DNA of 62,942 nucleotides, filler included, from Stramenopiles sp. TOSAG23-3 (lineage: Eukaryota), in the NCBI GenBank assembly GCA_900128585.1. It is 12 parts of 12 records of this genome, joined end to end, with 100 filler letters (N's around TTAATTAATTAA, not from the genome) between each part and the next. Parts side by side here need not be neighbours in the genome. Positions count along the whole stretch, not along the records: positions 45,105 to 50,617 come from LT643505.1; positions 50,718 to 56,228 come from LT643506.1; positions 56,329 to 61,836 come from LT643507.1; 9 more parts are not named here. One strand, written 5' to 3'. Both the position numbers and the translations under genes were made by a program. The stretch's first letter is position 1; each line of letters starts with the position of its first letter. Shown here piece by piece: positions 45,310 to 56,430 of the stretch. The notes below the pieces were generated by a model. The model worked only from the letters and a program-made list of their open reading frames with translations, was not told the DNA's origin and did no database searches.

Positions 45310-46980
45310 ATGTCGACTTCGGATTTAGGATCAACCTTGCCCGGTGGTTTTCGTACAAGAAGGGCGAGTATAATTTTGTTGGGGAAAGAGGTTGAGGTTG
45401 ATCCATTGGTACTGTCTAGAGTTGAACGCGCAGAACGTGCAGCGGCTGTGCTAATGGTTATTACCTTGGTGACATATGCGCTTAATGGAGCATCGAACGT
45501 TTTTCTAAGCGTACTGACCGCCATATCTAGTACTGCCTGCGTTTTTTCCCTCTTTGTAGTCTATTACAAGAATTTTTCCTTTGCCATAGTCAAAAGATTA
45601 TTCAAAGAAGTGGAAGTATTAATACTGCTTCTGGCTGGATTTGTCATCTTTATCATTGAATGCACAAAACCTAGTCACACGATGTCGCCTGCCAACGGAT
45701 TTCTCTATTCTGCTGGGTTGGGTCTTTTTGTTTGTATTGATGCAGTAAAACAGAAAAGTAAAGCATTTGTAGTCGTAATGTCGAGTCTTACGATGCTACT
45801 CACTTTGTATAGCCTTGGGCAATATTCTGTTGGAGACAGTGATATAGGTGTTATTCTCTTTCAGTTTGGCGATAAGCATATTTTTTATAAGCGCTCAGTT
45901 AAACGAACGTGCTTCTTTCAAATCTTCGCATTTTGTCTGGGAGCTCTTTTTAGAATGATCGAGGATAAAACAATGGAGAAAATGTTATTTGCGACGGACA
46001 ATGTTTATCGTGCAACCGGGACAGCGTCGAAGTACAGGGAAGACATCAACCACTCGATGCTGATTCGAAAGGAAACCGCAGAAGATATCAGGAAATGCTC
46101 AGAAAACCGGAGCAGCAGCAAAAGGTTAGTTCGTAAGTCGCCGAAACGACCAGTGCGCAAAAAAATTTTAGTTAGAAAAAAGACTGTTCAGTTGAATGGA
46201 AATGAAGTTGAACTGGATGAATTATTGATATCTAGGGTTGCACTCGCCGAGCGAATTGGGTTTGTATCCCTGATTATTGGGGTAATATCATATATGATTA
46301 ACGCCAGCACCGAGATCGTGTATCTAAACATTGTGGCCCTCGTGGGATCTGGCTTATCATGCCTTTGTCTCCTTGTAATAATTTACAAGAATTTATCCTT
46401 TGCCATATGTAAAAGAGTGTTGAAAGAAGTGGCTGTGGTGATGATTTTTGTGTTGGGACTTCTAGACTTCATCATTGAGTGTGTCAAACCCTTGCACCCA
46501 CTTGCGCCTGCCATTTCCTTTACCTATTTTGTTTTTCTAAGTCTTTTCGTTTGTTTGGATGCCGTAAAGCATAAAAGTAGAACTTTCGTGGTGATTGTAT
46601 CGAGCGTAGTAGTAGCAAGCACTTTGTACTTGGTTGCCCAATACAGCATTGGAGATAGAGATATTGGGGTTATCCTGTTTCAGTTTCACGACCGCTATGT
46701 TTATCGTAAGCGTTCGATTAAACGAGCATGTTTTGTTCAAATCTTTTTTTTTAGTCTGAATGGTCTTGTTACAATTGTTGCAGATAAAAAAATGGAGAAG
46801 ATGATCTTTGCTACTGATAGTATCTATCGCACAACAGGTACAGCGTCAACTCAAAGCGCGATCACAGAAGACAGAAATCCCGCAGAAGCAGCAGATGGGG
46901 GAACGCAGAAATGGGTAGAAAATCCGCTGCAAAAGAAATCAACAAATATTATTGAAATGGTTGAAAATGCAGGGTGGTGA
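45310..46980 (+). CDS. Uncharacterised polytopic membrane protein made of two homologous halves
   Basis: Duplicated motifs YKNFSFAIVKR/YKNLSFAICKR, CIDAVKQKS/CLDAVKHKS, DIGVILFQF twice, MEKMLFATD/MEKMIFATD; many hydrophobic helices. Confidence 0.8.
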   Translation: MSTSDLGSTLPGGFRTRRASIILLGKEVEVDPLVLSRVERAERAAAVLMVITLVTYALNGASNVFLSVLTAISSTACVFSLFVVYYKNFSFAIVKRLFKEVEVLILLLAGFVIFIIECTKPSHTMSPANGFLYSAGLGLFVCIDAVKQKSKAFVVVMSSLTMLLTLYSLGQYSVGDSDIGVILFQFGDKHIFYKRSVKRTCFFQIFAFCLGALFRMIEDKTMEKMLFATDNVYRATGTASKYREDINHSMLIRKETAEDIRKCSENRSSSKRLVRKSPKRPVRKKILVRKKTVQLNGNEVELDELLISRVALAERIGFVSLIIGVISYMINASTEIVYLNIVALVGSGLSCLCLLVIIYKNLSFAICKRVLKEVAVVMIFVLGLLDFIIECVKPLHPLAPAISFTYFVFLSLFVCLDAVKHKSRTFVVIVSSVVVASTLYLVAQYSIGDRDIGVILFQFHDRYVYRKRSIKRACFVQIFFFSLNGLVTIVADKKMEKMIFATDSIYRTTGTASTQSAITEDRNPAEAADGGTQKWVENPLQKKSTNIIEMVENAGW

Positions 46981-47052
46981 AACTCAAACGCAAATTTGCT
47001 GTGTCGTAGGTCAAGTGTTTTGCATTTTTTAAAAAATCCTGATTCAGTTCTC

Positions 47053-47101
47053 TAAATTAAATAAAACAAGAAAATTGGCTGTTATTTAAGTATAAGTTAA
47101 A
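47053..47101 (-). mobile_element. Consensus copy of the short element in reverse orientation with imperfect 9-bp direct repeats
   Basis: aaaacaagaaaattggctgttatttaagta (47063-47092) flanked by taaattaaa and taagttaaa. Confidence 0.55.
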
Positions 47102-47316
47102 ATGTTTCCATTTTTGAAAACAAAGGAAAAAATAAAACAAAAAAATCCCTTTGTACACAATACTTATAGGTGTTTATTTTCTTGTTTTTATGTGTTTATT
47201 TTAAATTTTTCCAACTGATGGATACCACCTGTTACCAAGTACAAATTTGTAATACCGTACCTACCGTCCAGAATTTTCATTAAAATTAAGAATTACTGTT
47301 TTTTTCCATCATTTAT

Positions 47317-49322
47317 CTATCTCCGTTTCTGCTTCTTCAAATACGCTTTCTTTTCGCCCTCTAAAGTTTTGACCCGTTCTTGCAGGTTGGCGCAGTGGTC
47401 TTCCAGTTCCGATATAATCTCCATGTTTGTCTTTTTCTCTTCGCGCAATTGAAGCAATTCGTCCTTCTGGCTGCTTTTGTTTCCATCTTGTTCCTTCTGA
47501 TCGCGCAGGTGCGAATCATGAATCGTTTTCAACGACATTCGCTGGGCGTCGGCACGAGACCACTTTTGTTTGTAGCCTTCGCACTTTTTTGTTTCTTCTT
47601 CCAACTTAAACTCGAATTCAAGCAGCTTGTCTTCGAGCGTCTCCTTCTCGGTTTCTAATGTTTCTATCCTGTACCTGAGCGTGACAAGGGTTTTCTCGCT
47701 CTCCTGTGGTTTGTAGGTTGAGTGTTTATTGGTTAGCGAAAGGGTTTTCAAGGAAGGAAGGCTACTACTGCACACACACACGCAAATGAAGAAGAAAGGA
47801 AGGGTGTCAAGGAATCCCATAGAATATTAGAAGAAAGGTTACGTGATAGGAACAAGGGTCTCGAGGTCGACCAAATACTTACGTCAAGTTGTTTCTGAGT
47901 CTCTGCCATGTTCTCCCCCTGCTCCTGGATGGAGCGATTTCTCACGATCCGTGCGGCCATGACCCTATCAATAATTTTATCTTTCCGCCGGTTTTCCCTC
48001 TTTTCGATCTGGATCTTCTTGATCAGCTCCGCCATTTTAGCCCCCATGTCGTCTCTCTCCTCCTCTACGGCCTTTGCTTTCTTGCTCATTCGGTTCAATT
48101 CCCCCAAGCTTTCCTGGTACATTCTGCTCATCAACGTCACGTCCATCGTAACAGTGTCCAGGCTTTTCTTCGTCTCCTTCAGTGCCATCTCCACCGACTG
48201 AATCTGAGGGTCAAACCAAGATATTTTTGCTGCTAAATTCCGCTTCAAGCGTTCGTTCCTGCTGTTTAACACTTTAACCTGATCCTTCAACTGGTTTGTC
48301 GTTGCCGTGTTCATTGCGTTTATTTCCTGTTCTTTTCGCAAAGTGCTATGAACCGTTTCGTACTTTGACAGTGCTTCCTGCATTTTAATGCGCTCAACCG
48401 TTGACAGGGACTTTCCGGACTGAAACTCTTCCAGAAGAGCGGTTGCCTTCTTGAGGGCGGCCTCCGACTCTTTCAGCTTGCTGGTCATCGTGGCGTTGTC
48501 GGAAATCAACTGGTGCATGGTCTCCCCAGCGTCTGGCGCCAGCGCCATGCGGCAAGACTTTAACTCGTTCGCCATCTTCTTTCCGTTGTGTAAGACCGAC
48601 GTCATTTGAAACACTTCGTCGCTTTCGTTGAAATCATGCCGGCGAACTTTGCGAAAATCCTCATCGTAACCAAACGCTCTATCCAGTTCTTTCTTTTGCT
48701 TGATGGCTTGGAACAACACATTGCTCGTCATTTGGCCCCTGAGTTTTAATAGTTCAAAAATTCCTTCAAGATTGACGGACGGCGTCTCCTTTTCTTCCAT
48801 CGGCAACGCCGTCGGGTCGGCCTTCTCCAGCAGCACGTTGAGCTCGCGCAACACTTTCTCCCGCCTGCTGGGGCCTTCGGCTTGCCTCCGGTCCCGAAAT
48901 ATTTTCTCGGCCTCGTCTAATTCGGCATCATCGTTCTTCGATTCGTATTCGTTTTCTTCCGTAAGCTGGTAGGCGACCTGTGGAAAATTGTGATTGAGGG
49001 ACCGAATATCGCTCTTTAGAAACGAGAGGACTTCTTGCGACTTCCTTGCGAGGACAACACCCTTGTCTTCCGAGTACAACGAAAGCAACGTCTTGTTCTC
49101 CCTTAATGACCTACAGTGAGACAACTGGTTATCAATTTGCTCTTGCAACCGCTCCGTGTGTCGCTTCCACTTCTTAAGCTCTTCATCCGCGTCTTCGTAC
49201 TTTTCTTCGTCCACAAACCTCTTCAGCGCAGGCAAAGCCTTTGGCAAAGCGTTCGAAAGTTTTGTCCCCGAAGCAAGGTTGCCCTTCGCTGCTTCCTGCA
49301 ACGCCTCAGAAGCCGACGACAT
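47317..49322 (-). CDS. Long coiled-coil protein, two exons (49322-47883 and 47703-47317), intron 47882-47704
   Basis: Heptad-rich sequence; GTAAGT donor after QKQLD, CTAAC branch, CAG acceptor before ESEKTL; phase 0 join. Confidence 0.82.
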
Positions 49323-49605
49323 TATTATTATTATTCCCGCCGTTCTTAAGTGCAAACCAGTAGTAAGATTCAAACAGAAAAGAATTCCTCTAAAAAAATA
49401 CGAACATTATGGGCCAAACCTCTATACAATCCTTTTAAAAGGATAAATAAAACTTTTCTTCTGTTCTAATTCTTCGTTTATATTTTTCTTTTTCAATAAG
49501 CATAAAAACAAAACAACTGTGTGTGTTGGTCGTCCGAAGCGGGCGGGGGAGTATAACGGTCGTCACTACTTATATAATATATTAGCATACAATAATTAAA
49601 TAGGG

Positions 49606-50617
49606 TCAGTTGTTGTTCTTTTCCATCTCAGTGACCAACCCAAAAAATTCACTGCTCTCGTCTTTGAGCAAGTTTCCCGGTGAGTCGTACTCAACGACGG
49701 TCCCGTCGTTTAGAACGCATATTTTGTCACTATCTACGATAGTGTTGATACGGTGAGCAATGCAAATGACAGTGCAGTCGGCAAATGCTGAGCGAATCAT
49801 TTTTTGCAATTTCTGGTCCGTTTCACTGTCAACGCTTGCGGTAGCCTCGTCCATGATGATGATTTTGTTTCCACGAACTAATGCGCGAGCCACGCAGATC
49901 AGTTGGCGCTGCCCGGCCGAAAAGTTCAAGCCTTGCTCAGCAACTGTGGATTGCAGCCCATTTCCGAGCGACTTGACAAAGTCCTGAAGCTCTGCATTTC
50001 GCAGCGCATCCCATATAAGGTCGTCGCTGTAATCATCGAACGGGTCCAAATTATGACGAACGTCTCCAGAAAACAATACTGGATCCTGCGGAATCAGCGA
50101 TAAATTGCTCCTCAGGTCGGTTAAACCAATGCTGGAAATGTCCAGCCCGTCGATAACAATAGAGCCCTTCTGCAGCTCTACAAGACGCAGCAATGTAGCA
50201 ATCAAACTGCTTTTCCCACTTCCTGTTCGACCACACACGCCAACTTTCTCGCCGCCTTTAATTTTAATGTTTATACTTCTCAAAACGTTCGGCAACCCTG
50301 GCCGATATGCCATGGTTACCTTTCGGAATTCAATGGCACCATGGTCGGGCCACGTTGCTGCTGGGCGATTCGATTCGATTACTGCAGGCTTCTCGGACGG
50401 GATGTTCTTTGCGTAGTGCTCTAGGCGCTCTACTGCGGTCATGTTATTTTCCGTTTCGATAAAAGTGCGCACTGTCCACTGCAGCAGGCCGGTTATCTGC
50501 AAACAATAGACCAGTGCAAGGCCGACGACCGCGTGAGATTCCTTGGCAACAGGAAAGAAAAGTGCAAGGCTTGCCACCGAGCAAAATATCGATATCCCAA
50601 CAACGTCCAAACGAAGG
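49606..50617 (-). CDS. ABC transporter subfamily C (MRP-type), C-terminal TM end and NBD2; 5'-truncated
   Basis: ENNMTAVERL, WPDHGAIEF, Walker A GRTGSGKS, IPQDPVLF, NFSAGQRQ, MDEATASVD, IAHR. Confidence 0.95.
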
Positions 50618-51030
50618 NNNNNNNNNNNNNNNNNNNNNNNNNNNNNNNNNNNNNNNNNNNNTTAATTAATTAANNNNNNNNNNNNNNNNNNNNNNNNNNN
50701 NNNNNNNNNNNNNNNNNAATGGATGTTGTGTACCTGTAAAAGTTATTATTTTGTAGTAATTTTGATATACCCCAACAATAAAAAATAATAAAACAACTTG
50801 ATTGAAAAGAACTTTGATCGATTAAAAAAAGTATTTCAAATGAAACCATGTTGTTGAATTATCAAACGAGTGATAGAACAATTGTACGGGATACGGTGTG
50901 GTTTCTGAAAAGAGTTTCTTTAACTTCTTCCATTGTGTAATAATCGAAGAACGAGCCGTTCTTGTTGTTCTTCTTCTTGCCGTGCGTGCGCTATCGACAG
51001 TTGGGCGCCCACAGCGGTAAACCGAACAGC

Positions 51031-52680
51031 ATGGACAATCTTTTGCCCAGGTTTCGCCCGTCCAGCCAAACGTACTATGGAATGCATATACCGCTCACGA
51101 AAACGCAAGTCGAACCTCGCGGAAACAATAGAAAATATAAAACGCTAGGCGAACGGCTGCTCTCAAATTCTAAGACCACGGACGGTTTGGAAAATACGAA
51201 AGGGAAAGTTCTGACGGAGCGAGCGAGACGGTCGCGAACCTCCACCACCATGCATTTTCTGCGTCCTTTCGACGCCGTGCGGTTGCAACCAACGCTAGGC
51301 AGAGAGCCTAGGGCGCGCCCGCGTGAACAAATTCAAGCGGCCAATCGGACGGGTTGGAAATTTACAACGTCGGGATCGCACGATCCCGGCCTCGATAGCT
51401 ACAAAGAGAGAGGTGTCATGGAGTACGACGGGTTCGAAGTGAGCGTGAGCAGACCAAACATAGTCGTGGCCCCTGCGAAAGTCCGAGCGTCCGCAATGCG
51501 GGACCGGAGTCTGTCGCCCCCAAGGCTGACGCAGGCGTCCAACGATGCCGTAAAAAATGATATTCGCGGAAATAAGTCGTCAACGGCGTCCATAGGGGGG
51601 GGGAGGCAGGTGTTCAACGGTTCCAGCAACGCCCGTGGCGACAACTCCAAAAGCCCCCTGGCGAAAGGCAGGAGAAAACAACGCCCCGCGACGGCGCCAG
51701 AGACCAGGCTGTTTCCGAACCGTCACGGCAAGCCCGGAAAGCTTCCGGCCTGGGGCTACAAACGAGGTGGAAAGTTCAAGCCCCAGTTCAAAATGCAGCC
51801 AATTCGAGACGAAAATGCTCCGAATCCTGCAGAGCCAACAAAGGAAGTGCGAAAGCCCGATCCTCCGTGTGAAATTCGCTTGTCCAATTTGCAGGCCGTC
51901 CCATCGACTCTCTACCTTTCCACCGCAAAGGGGAAAATGAAGATTTTCACGGTTCGGCCGGGATACTCGCTGGGTACAAACTCAAACGTCCAGGGCGCCA
52001 TAAAGTTGAGGAACCTGCAGACTGCGCCAGTTAGCGCCACTACGGCCAGGCTGCGCCAACGCCCTGCCTCCGCGGCGGCGTCGAACAGGCAAGCTTCGAA
52101 CATGGCAGAGTGCCAGGTAGCCCTGCCCCACCAGGGGCTTTCCCTTTCTATCGTGCCTAGAAACATGTTGAAGAATTTCCGCTCCATGGACGACGATGTA
52201 AAGTGTACCATAAAATTCAGCAACCATGACATTCAGCCCTTTCAGATTTACTGGATAAATTACGAAGGGCAGTGTTTTCCAAGAATGCTTTTGAGACCGG
52301 GCGATAGCTACGTGGAGTCTTCCTTCGCCACGCACCCGTGGTTCATAGAAAATGCCAACTCCAAGAACGCGGAAGGGCTGTGCTTCGTGTTGGGGGAAAA
52401 ATCATGCAATACGATGGAAAACTACAGTGTTGTCTATAACCCTCCAAACAGGCAGTGGAAAAAAACGGGGAAGTTGAGCTTGGCCATCTCCCAAAAGTCT
52501 AGCAAACCTCGAAAATCCAGAAATAGACCGAGTAGTGCCCCCGCCCTGAAGCAAGGGAAACTTGGAAGAAGTGCAAAGTACAACAGGCCCACCTCCGCAA
52601 AGCAAAAGCTTCGGGCAAGCATACCGACCAACATTCCAGTCAATTTTTCCGTTGCCATCGTGCCCAACTTTAAATTGTGA
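51031..52680 (+). CDS. Protein with a VHL beta domain and long basic disordered regions
   Basis: IKFSNHD..IYWINYEG..LRPGDSY..SFATHPW matches the VHL beta-domain pattern. Confidence 0.75.
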   Translation: MDNLLPRFRPSSQTYYGMHIPLTKTQVEPRGNNRKYKTLGERLLSNSKTTDGLENTKGKVLTERARRSRTSTTMHFLRPFDAVRLQPTLGREPRARPREQIQAANRTGWKFTTSGSHDPGLDSYKERGVMEYDGFEVSVSRPNIVVAPAKVRASAMRDRSLSPPRLTQASNDAVKNDIRGNKSSTASIGGGRQVFNGSSNARGDNSKSPLAKGRRKQRPATAPETRLFPNRHGKPGKLPAWGYKRGGKFKPQFKMQPIRDENAPNPAEPTKEVRKPDPPCEIRLSNLQAVPSTLYLSTAKGKMKIFTVRPGYSLGTNSNVQGAIKLRNLQTAPVSATTARLRQRPASAAASNRQASNMAECQVALPHQGLSLSIVPRNMLKNFRSMDDDVKCTIKFSNHDIQPFQIYWINYEGQCFPRMLLRPGDSYVESSFATHPWFIENANSKNAEGLCFVLGEKSCNTMENYSVVYNPPNRQWKKTGKLSLAISQKSSKPRKSRNRPSSAPALKQGKLGRSAKYNRPTSAKQKLRASIPTNIPVNFSVAIVPNFKL

Positions 52681-52862
52681 TTAAGAGAGAGTAGAACGAG
52701 CACCATCACCTTCTAAAAACGTGATATCTAGTACTCTTTAAAGAAAAACGAATGACACCAGTTTTAGATTTTAACTTTAGTCTATGAGTGAGATATCGGA
52801 TGAGGCCTTTAACGGACAAAAAGAATTAAATTGTTCATTGGAATATATGATATATATAATTT

Positions 52863-52902
52863 NNNNNNNNNNNNNNNNNNNNNNNNNNNNNNNNNNNNNN
52901 NN
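52863..52902. other. Internal scaffold gap (40 N) immediately followed by a copy of AACAGCCAATTTT
   Basis: N run without the linker motif. Confidence 0.9.
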
Positions 52903-53310
52903 AACAGCCAATTTTGTTGCTTTTTAGTTTATGTTTTTAGATCGTCCCCGGAGGATATTATCTGAAGTTATTTTGTAAGATTATGACTACGCATACTGAA
53001 ATTCCGTTTTGTCCATATTGAAGTTTTAATTCCTACATGTGCTCGATTTACTCCTATCCTTTAGTCTTCACTATCAGTCCATTCAATCTCAGCGAGGACA
53101 TTTGGTTCAACATCTTATCCAAAATTGACTTCTTCATCCGGTGTCCCACTCGTAACTGGCTCAGAACTTGTTTGATTTATCAAGCAGCGCGGCGCGCGGT
53201 CCCAATTTAAGAGCCAATTTTTATCTCTTAATTTTTCATTGATTTAGTCTCCGAGAGACTAAAAATAAAAAAAAAAACGTCAGACGAGCTAGATTGCAAA
53301 CCCACGGGGT

Positions 53311-55998
53311 TTAAAACAATTTTCGCCCTCGGTGGCTTCCGGTTGCCCGTCCTCGTGGCGCTTGGTTTCCAACACGGTGGTGTTGGTTCCAAGAAAACGG
53401 TCGGTGCTGCGGAGCTGCGGCTCTGTGCGTGGCCCGTCTGCGTTGGTTCCATGGCGCCGGCCGGTGCTGTGGACTTCTGTGCGTAGCCCGTCTTCGGGCG
53501 TTCCTTGGGACAGATCCATGCGCCGCTGGCTTTGACGTGTGCCAGCCCTGGCTCCATCGCATCCCCCGGTCCGGCGTGCGCTGAAGTCGCCGGATGTTCG
53601 CGTTGCTGGCGCATTGCGTTTCGCCATCGCATGTCCAAGCCCATTTTTTCCCCCGGGCAACCTTGCACGCTTCTATGGCGCCGAGTAAGGTAGGGTAGCA
53701 GTGCCCGTCTTTGCACGTGGTTCCATTTCCGCAACAGTCGCATTTCTCGCAGCCTTTCTCCCCGCCGTCCGTGATGTAGCCCTCAGGGATGTTCAGCGGT
53801 TCCAGGGTGTAAGGGTAATCAGAAGTACGAAGATTTTCTGCCCCACCACAACAGATACCATAGTTTTCCACAGAATCCGAATTTATGAACACATGCTTAG
53901 CAGTACGTCGGTTAGCCTCTTCAATATCTGATTGGTCCCAAGGTTTAAACGTGAATCCCTCGGCTTCACATCCTGCTTTGGTTTTACACCTCGTGTCATG
54001 GCACTTGTCGTGAAAATGTTCCCCATCCCATTCGCCGCACTCCCCACGCATCAAGGTGATATGATTTTGCCTAGACTGGAAAAAAGCACATGTGTGGCGG
54101 TGGAACGTCATGTTCGGGCCATAAATTTTGCCATGTTCGTCCCCTGTATGTTGCCCACTCCTCGATTCACAGTACGCTGGGTCAGTCCTGCACTGCTCTT
54201 CATGACATCCGTGTTCGAATTGATCATCCCACACTCGCGAATAACAATCTCCCGTTGGTAATTCTTTCGATGGCTGAAATGTGCCGCTTTTGCACATCCC
54301 GGTATCTACCACCGGTACGTCAGGATGTGCCTTGCACTTTTCCATCAGAATTTCACCATCGCAGCACGTGGATATACTATCCCTGTAATTAACCAGATTC
54401 ATCGCTGCCTCAAGAAACGTGAACGGTTTAAATTCCAGGTTGTCTCCAAATCCGTCTTTCCCGCGCTTAGCATGGCAACCCTCTTTGCTCGCCCTGCACT
54501 CAGCCTCGTGGCACTCTTGTTCGTGATCAGGCGTTTCGCAAGTTCCTCTAAGCTTCGCTGCGTGTGCACAATAATGTACAATGTCCATGCACCTTTGCCG
54601 ATGGCCGCCCATCTGCACCTCTCTTCCGAAGCTGAATTTTCCAGGTTCGCACCCTAGGTTTGCCAACGCTTTTTCTTTCACGGCCGGTGCGTGGCAAGAT
54701 GGGGAGAAATATTCCTGAGAGGGATCGCGACCTCTGGAACAGCATGTCGCACTGGCGTCTGTTACATACCTGATCTCATTAACTAAAGCTTCTGAACTTC
54801 TGTCTCCCGATTCAACCCATTCCATATTACGGTGGATCTGACTTGGGTCTGTTGGTGTTGTTGTTCCTTCGCGGCTCAAGCATGTTGCTTTGTCTTTGTT
54901 ACACTCTCTGTCAATGCATCGGTCAACTTCACCATCGTTCTTGGTGTACTGGCAGTACGCACCACCACCACCGCCACGATAGTATGAACAAGCGCCGAGA
55001 GTCTCACTGCATAACCTTGGGACATGGACGAGATCATTTGGATACCTGCGATGAGCATCCTTATCCGGGTCGATTAATTGCCCGCGTTTACTCTCGCAGA
55101 ACGCTTTCTCTTTCCTGCACCGTTCCTCGTGGCATCTTTCCGCTTCGTCGTTGAATTCGCTCTTGCACTCCCCGTCTACTACCCTTTCTGGCATGAACTT
55201 GTTGTCTGGGTCAAGCCCACACATCATTTGTTCTGTTGATTCAGATTGATCTCCGGGTAGACTACCGCAACCGCTCTCTTGGTTGTAATGGTCCCTCCCT
55301 GTTCCAGCTTCCACTCCACAACAAGCGGGCACCCACTGGTCCACAAGACCAGACATGTACGATTCCATCAATCCCCCAACGTCCCGGAGATTGTTGCAAA
55401 TCATTTTGATCGAGCCACAAGTCATTCCATCACTTGAAATCGTCATGCCGGCGTTAAATCTTGCCGGGTCCTTGCATATATTTTCACCGCCAATATCAGG
55501 GGTTCCTGCAAATTTACAGACACCACTTGTCGAGGAGGGGTCTTTTTTGTGGCAAGTACTACCAGGCGGCCAATTAACGGATTTTCCAAATTCCTCGCAG
55601 TACGTGTCTGTGTCGCACACAACGCCGCAAACGTTGCCGTTGGGATAGCCGTAAATCATCCCGTCGTAGCAGTCGAAGGAAGTCCCATTGGGAAGCCCGG
55701 GGTAACCGTATAAATGATCACAGTCTGCAGTAGTAGTACATGTTGGGGGTCCTTCGTCTTCGGTGGTATTCGCTGCTGGGGTTGAATTTCCAGCCGTTAG
55801 TTTCCGACCCTTCGTTCGTAGCGGGTTGTAAAACGGATTCGATACGGGGCGAACCGTAAAGGAAAACGGATTACCACTGTATTCGCTTTCGATTTTAGCC
55901 TCACTCTCTTTGCCAATTCTGCCCTCGGCCTGACCAACCGATAGTACAGCACACGCAAACCCGAAGGCCACTAAAATCAAAGGTAAACTTCGTTTCAT
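53311..55998 (-). CDS. Secreted cysteine-rich repeat protein with basic C-terminal tail
   Basis: Signal peptide MKRSLPLILVAFGFACAVLSVGQA; very Cys-rich; five repeats of a C-[HI]-[ED]-x-x-C module. Confidence 0.8.
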   Translation of the reverse strand: MKRSLPLILVAFGFACAVLSVGQAEGRIGKESEAKIESEYSGNPFSFTVRPVSNPFYNPLRTKGRKLTAGNSTPAANTTEDEGPPTCTTTADCDHLYGYPGLPNGTSFDCYDGMIYGYPNGNVCGVVCDTDTYCEEFGKSVNWPPGSTCHKKDPSSTSGVCKFAGTPDIGGENICKDPARFNAGMTISSDGMTCGSIKMICNNLRDVGGLMESYMSGLVDQWVPACCGVEAGTGRDHYNQESGCGSLPGDQSESTEQMMCGLDPDNKFMPERVVDGECKSEFNDEAERCHEERCRKEKAFCESKRGQLIDPDKDAHRRYPNDLVHVPRLCSETLGACSYYRGGGGGAYCQYTKNDGEVDRCIDRECNKDKATCLSREGTTTPTDPSQIHRNMEWVESGDRSSEALVNEIRYVTDASATCCSRGRDPSQEYFSPSCHAPAVKEKALANLGCEPGKFSFGREVQMGGHRQRCMDIVHYCAHAAKLRGTCETPDHEQECHEAECRASKEGCHAKRGKDGFGDNLEFKPFTFLEAAMNLVNYRDSISTCCDGEILMEKCKAHPDVPVVDTGMCKSGTFQPSKELPTGDCYSRVWDDQFEHGCHEEQCRTDPAYCESRSGQHTGDEHGKIYGPNMTFHRHTCAFFQSRQNHITLMRGECGEWDGEHFHDKCHDTRCKTKAGCEAEGFTFKPWDQSDIEEANRRTAKHVFINSDSVENYGICCGGAENLRTSDYPYTLEPLNIPEGYITDGGEKGCEKCDCCGNGTTCKDGHCYPTLLGAIEACKVARGKKWAWTCDGETQCASNANIRRLQRTPDRGMRWSQGWHTSKPAAHGSVPRNARRRATHRSPQHRPAPWNQRRRATHRAAAPQHRPFSWNQHHRVGNQAPRGRATGSHRGRKLF

Positions 55999-56430
55999 GT
56001 TGGAAATATTATTCGTCTTTTTTTCTCAATTCAAAAAAAGGCCGTCGTTTGTTTCTTATAATACCCTTTCGTTTCGGTATGAATTGTTTTCTATTTGTTT
56101 TGTTTTCATTTCAATTGTTCCTTTTCTTTTTTATCGTATAATCCTTCCCTAAGAAAGGAAAGGTATTATTAAAAAAAAGGAGTTAGTTCACCACACCTTC
56201 CTTTTATTTCTATATTAATATATTATTANNNNNNNNNNNNNNNNNNNNNNNNNNNNNNNNNNNNNNNNNNNNTTAATTAATTAANNNNNNNNNNNNNNNN
56301 NNNNNNNNNNNNNNNNNNNNNNNNNNNNCAAATAAACACAGTATGAACGAAAGAAACGAAATTAAACATTGATTCACAACGAATTAATATTTACGACTGC
56401 ATGTGGGTGTACACATAAAAGGGTTCTAAA

